Assembly (NCBI RefSeq): GCF_009914755.1
Contig: NC_060938.1
DNA from: the human T2T-CHM13v2.0 reference genome, Homo sapiens
Reading direction: 5' to 3' (one strand)
DNA: 64,000 nucleotides
Below the pieces are notes generated by a model, which worked only from the letters and a program-made list of their open reading frames with translations, was not told the origin of the DNA and did no database searches. Positions within the stretch are counted from its first letter, which is position 1, and each line of letters begins with the position of its first letter. The translations under genes were made by a program, and so were the position numbers. Below are positions 54,941 to 64,000 of this stretch, piece by piece.

Positions 54941-55225
54941 AGCTGGGTGCGGTGGCTCACGCCTGTAATCCCAACACTTTGGGGGGCCGAGGCGGGCAGA
55001 TCACTTGAGGTCAAGAGTTCGAGACCAGACTGGCCAACATGGCAAAACCCTGTCTCTATGAAAAATACAAAAATTAGCCGGGCATAGTGGCACCTGGCTG
55101 AGGCAGGAGAATCACTTGAACCCGGGATGCAGGGGTTGCAGTGAGCCGAGATCGCGCCACTGCACTCCAGCCTGGGCGACAAAGTGAGACTCTGTCTCAA
55201 AAAAAAAAAAAAAGAAAAGAAAAGA
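54941..55225 (+). mobile_element. Alu with an internal deletion
   Basis: TSD AGAAATGGGTATTCG; the CCTGTAATCCCAGCTACT segment of the right arm is missing. Confidence 0.85.
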
Positions 55226-55402
55226 AATGGGTATTCGGGTGTATGAAGTACCTTGGTTCCTTTTCCCTCTTCCAGTGTCACCTTAACCACTACTGACACA
55301 ATAGCAGGGAGACAAGGCTTCTCACACAATTGTTCCCAGACACAGAATTCAAACCAAGCCTTCTAGTAGTGAAAGCTACTAACTATGGGTTCTGGATAAA
55401 GG

Positions 55403-55640
55403 AAAGCTACTTGCTCCTTCCATTCCGAGTAGCAAAGCTACTTGCTCCTTCCATTCCGAGTAGCAAAGCTACTTGCTCCTTCCATTCCGAGTAGCAAAGC
55501 TACTTGCTCCTTCCATTCCGAGTAGCAAAGCTACTTGCTCCTTCCATTCCGAGTAGCAAAGCTACTTGCTCCTTCCATTCCGAGTAGCAAAGCTACTTGC
55601 TCCTTCCATTCCGAGTAGCAAAGCTACTTGCTCCTTCCAT
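55403..55640. repeat. Perfect 31-bp minisatellite (AAAGCTACTTGCTCCTTCCATTCCGAGTAGC), 7 full copies plus 21 bp
   Basis: Identical units start at 55403, 55434, 55465, 55496, 55527, 55558, 55589 and 55620. Confidence 0.97.
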
Positions 55641-56252
55641 GGTATTCTCCCTCCTTGTCCTTGAAAATGGGCTTTGTAAAAGAAATTTGGGGCTGTCTTG
55701 GCAGAGGCACGACCAGGGGAAAGCAATGAGGGAAGACTCAGAGATGCCTCCACGTGGTTCTAAGTGGTAGATGGCAGTTTCTTCAGCCTCAGCAACTAGG
55801 CAACTCTAGGACAAACCGGCTTGAAAGATGAAATAATGTTTGCCTGGAACATAGGTTGAGATACTAGGAATGCCCATTTGTTCTATGTTCCAACCCCCCT
55901 TCTTTGCTCTAATTATTCATTGCTTGAAATAAGGCTCCAAGGGCCAGGGGAACCGCTTCAGGGGTAGACAAGGCAGTATAGACACTAGGATTCCATCTGC
56001 CCAGTTTTATTGGGAACAAGGGCATTATAACTGCTATCAAAGAGAAGGGAGCCCAAGGGCTCCTTCTGTAGCAAGATCCTTCTTCAGAGTTGAGCCAGGG
56101 CTGGGAGGGTAAGAGACCCTTTTTTCAGGCAGGGTCACACTACCACCCTCAGCATGACTTCCCCAAAAAGTTATCCTCCTTTAGCTCAGCACTTGGCACT
56201 TAAGGAAGAAAGGACCAACAAAGGTAGCATTAGGAAGACAAGCCCAGATTTA

Positions 56253-59815
<3,563 letters not shown>

Positions 59816-59970
59816 CGCGAGCTCGCCTCTCCCGCCTCCGCCCCTCAGCGTCCTCCAGACTTCCGCCTTGCTCCTGGGAGGGTGATGTCTCATCACACAG
59901 GGACCAGCCTTGCCCAATCCGTCCTCAGGGCGCCGCCGCGACATCAAGAGGCGCAAACGAGACCACCGGT

Positions 59971-59980
59971 GTCACGTGAC
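59971..59980. promoter_or_regulatory. CHMP4A: Palindromic CLEAR/E-box GTCACGTGAC in the CHMP4A promoter
   Basis: Exact 10-bp palindrome in the CpG island just upstream of CHMP4A exon 1. Confidence 0.75.
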
Positions 59981-60434
59981 CCAAGCCACCAGCCCCAGAC
60001 CGACGCACTCCTCTTAAAGCTGCCACATCATTTTCTATTAAGTAAAAAGACAGTTCTATCTCCACCTGAGTACGTGCTTGTTCTCCGGAAGGAAATGTGC
60101 AGTGTGATGGCACCTCAGTGTATGGGGTCAGTGGGAAAACTTCATGCTCTTTACAGAGCTCAGGAAAGTGGGGTGGTATAGGTTCAAGCACTTGGGGTTG
60201 CCCTAAGTTTAGATGGCAAACCTGATGCAGTCTAATGTCTCACATTCTGGTCTCTGCACCTCAGGACAACCAACCCCATTTCACAGGCTAGAAAGATAGA
60301 AACTCCCCACACTGTGGGTAAAATCTCTTCTGTCACACACAGATGAACTTTAATAAATTACAAATGCACCTGAAAATGCCTTCTTGATTTCCTTTCAGTT
60401 TAGGCCTCAAATGGGCTCTCCTCAAGGCTGGACC

Positions 60435-62331
<1,897 letters not shown>

Positions 62332-62905
62332 GACCCGCACCGCAGGCTGCGCGCAGCAGAGGTGGGGCTTCACCCGGGGCCTTAGAGAGTGCGGAACCTC
62401 CGGCAGCTAAGGCAGCCACCCTGCCTGCCATAGACAAATGGCGACTAGAGCGTCGCCACTCGGGGCGTCATCAGCCTGGAGATGGCGCAAGAGTGCCATC
62501 TGATGCTGGGCGGGGAAGAGGATTGCAGCGAGGTACCAACACGACCACACATGCAACCACAGCAGTCAAGTCTTTCTAAGGCATTGGCCACGGGCATCCT
62601 CCCTACTTCTCCACTCCACCCAGCCTTGCCCGATTCTATTATACTAAGAAGCCAGGGAAGAAGGAAAGCCTTTTCTTCTAGCACCTGCCTCTTCTTGAGA
62701 CCCAAGTGATACATCACAGCTTGTCACTCAATCTTTCTGCATTATCAACCTCCTGACAGTGTAGAACCCAAAGTCCTCAGTAATATTCCAGCCATAGAGT
62801 ACAGTGTCAGCCAAACCCTTGAAGGCGTTCTCCAACCAGGCCTAAATGTCCAGTACAGCCACAGTCAAGAGAGAATTCACTCTCCGAAGGTTTCACCATC
62901 CATGT

Positions 62906-63098
62906 CAGCACTACACTGGTAGATGTATAACAACCAGTTTGTGGGGAGGAACTGATCTGTAGTGTTTGCTAGTTTCTGTAAATAATCCTACCATGGCCAA
63001 TTTCAAGCTACCAACATGAAGTCACTTAATAGAGTTGGAAAAAGGTGCCAATAATTGGCTCTCATTAGCCACTAGGAACTGGTTCCAACACACCACTA
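62906..63098 (-). mobile_element. MER63-like hAT fossil between NEDD8 and MDP1
   Basis: CCATGGCCAATTTCAAGCTACCAAC core and a terminal CACACCACT. Confidence 0.6.
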
Positions 63099-63502
63099 AG
63101 TAGGTTTTCCTAGAGTCTGATAATCCCCGTAAGAGCACCATTCCTTCCACTGTCCGATTCCTTCAGCCTGCTATAACTGAGTGAGCATTAGGTCCATTTT
63201 TATTTCAGTCAACTTGTGCAACAGAAGAAAGATTCCAGGAGGCCAGGAAATATTTTATTGACAACCAGGGACACAGTCATAAGAGAGGGAAGCACACAGG
63301 ACTGCAAACTAACACCCAGTAGCCAGCAAGGGCCCTCTGGGCCAGGAATACTGAATCCTGGGATCCTCACAGTCTCCCACCAGTAGACATACATTACTGG
63401 GCATCCAGGGGAGGGGGCAGTGGCTATGGTGTCCCAGAGAGTGAGAGGATATATGATGCCTCATTATGAGCGACAGGGTAAAGAGGTAAAATGGAGGGTC
63501 CA

Positions 63503-63962
<460 letters not shown>

Positions 63963-64000
63963 AGAACAGGAGTTCTTGAGTTTCCTGGATCTCTTTGGGG

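Noticed and set aside
55403-55640. 31-bp palindromic repeats resembling a CRISPR array
   Set aside because: The units are directly adjacent with no unique spacers, there are no cas genes, and the context is human.
62439-62458. 7-bp inverted repeat TGGCGAC-N6-GTCGCCA in the MDP1 promoter
   Set aside because: It is short, lies in GC-rich sequence and overlaps a YY1-like ATGGCG; it cannot be distinguished from chance.

Overview
Human (or near-identical primate) genomic DNA. It matches the gene-dense chr14q12 cluster: 3' half of RNF31/HOIP (+), IRF9 (+), REC8 (+), IPO4 (-), TM9SF1 (-), TSSK4 (+), CHMP4A (-), MDP1 (-) and the last exon of NEDD8 (-). I assembled the exons by hand from GT-AG boundaries. 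The spliced lengths come to IRF9 393 aa, REC8 547 aa, IPO4 1081 aa, TM9SF1 606 aa, TSSK4 328/338 aa, CHMP4A 222 aa and MDP1 164 aa. Non-coding DNA is dominated by Alus, including one AluYa5. It also holds a 5S rRNA pseudogene, a MER11 solo LTR, two MST LTRs, hAT DNA transposon fossils and a perfect 31-bp VNTR. I see no wholly new biological system. The most notable observations are: (1) a perfect U12-type intron in IPO4 and a U12-like donor with intronic poly(A) signals in neighbouring TM9SF1; (2) an MDP1 allele that stops at 164 aa; (3) a phase-compatible read-through chain NEDD8-MDP1-CHMP4A-TM9SF1(-IPO4); (4) recurrent back-to-back poly(A) hexamers at gene ends; (5) an alternative acceptor that splits the TSSK4 HRD motif; (6) an Alu inserted into an IRF9 acceptor; (7) the hairpin VNTR and the young AluYa5. 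Gene names and repeat families come from recalled sequences, not database searches.
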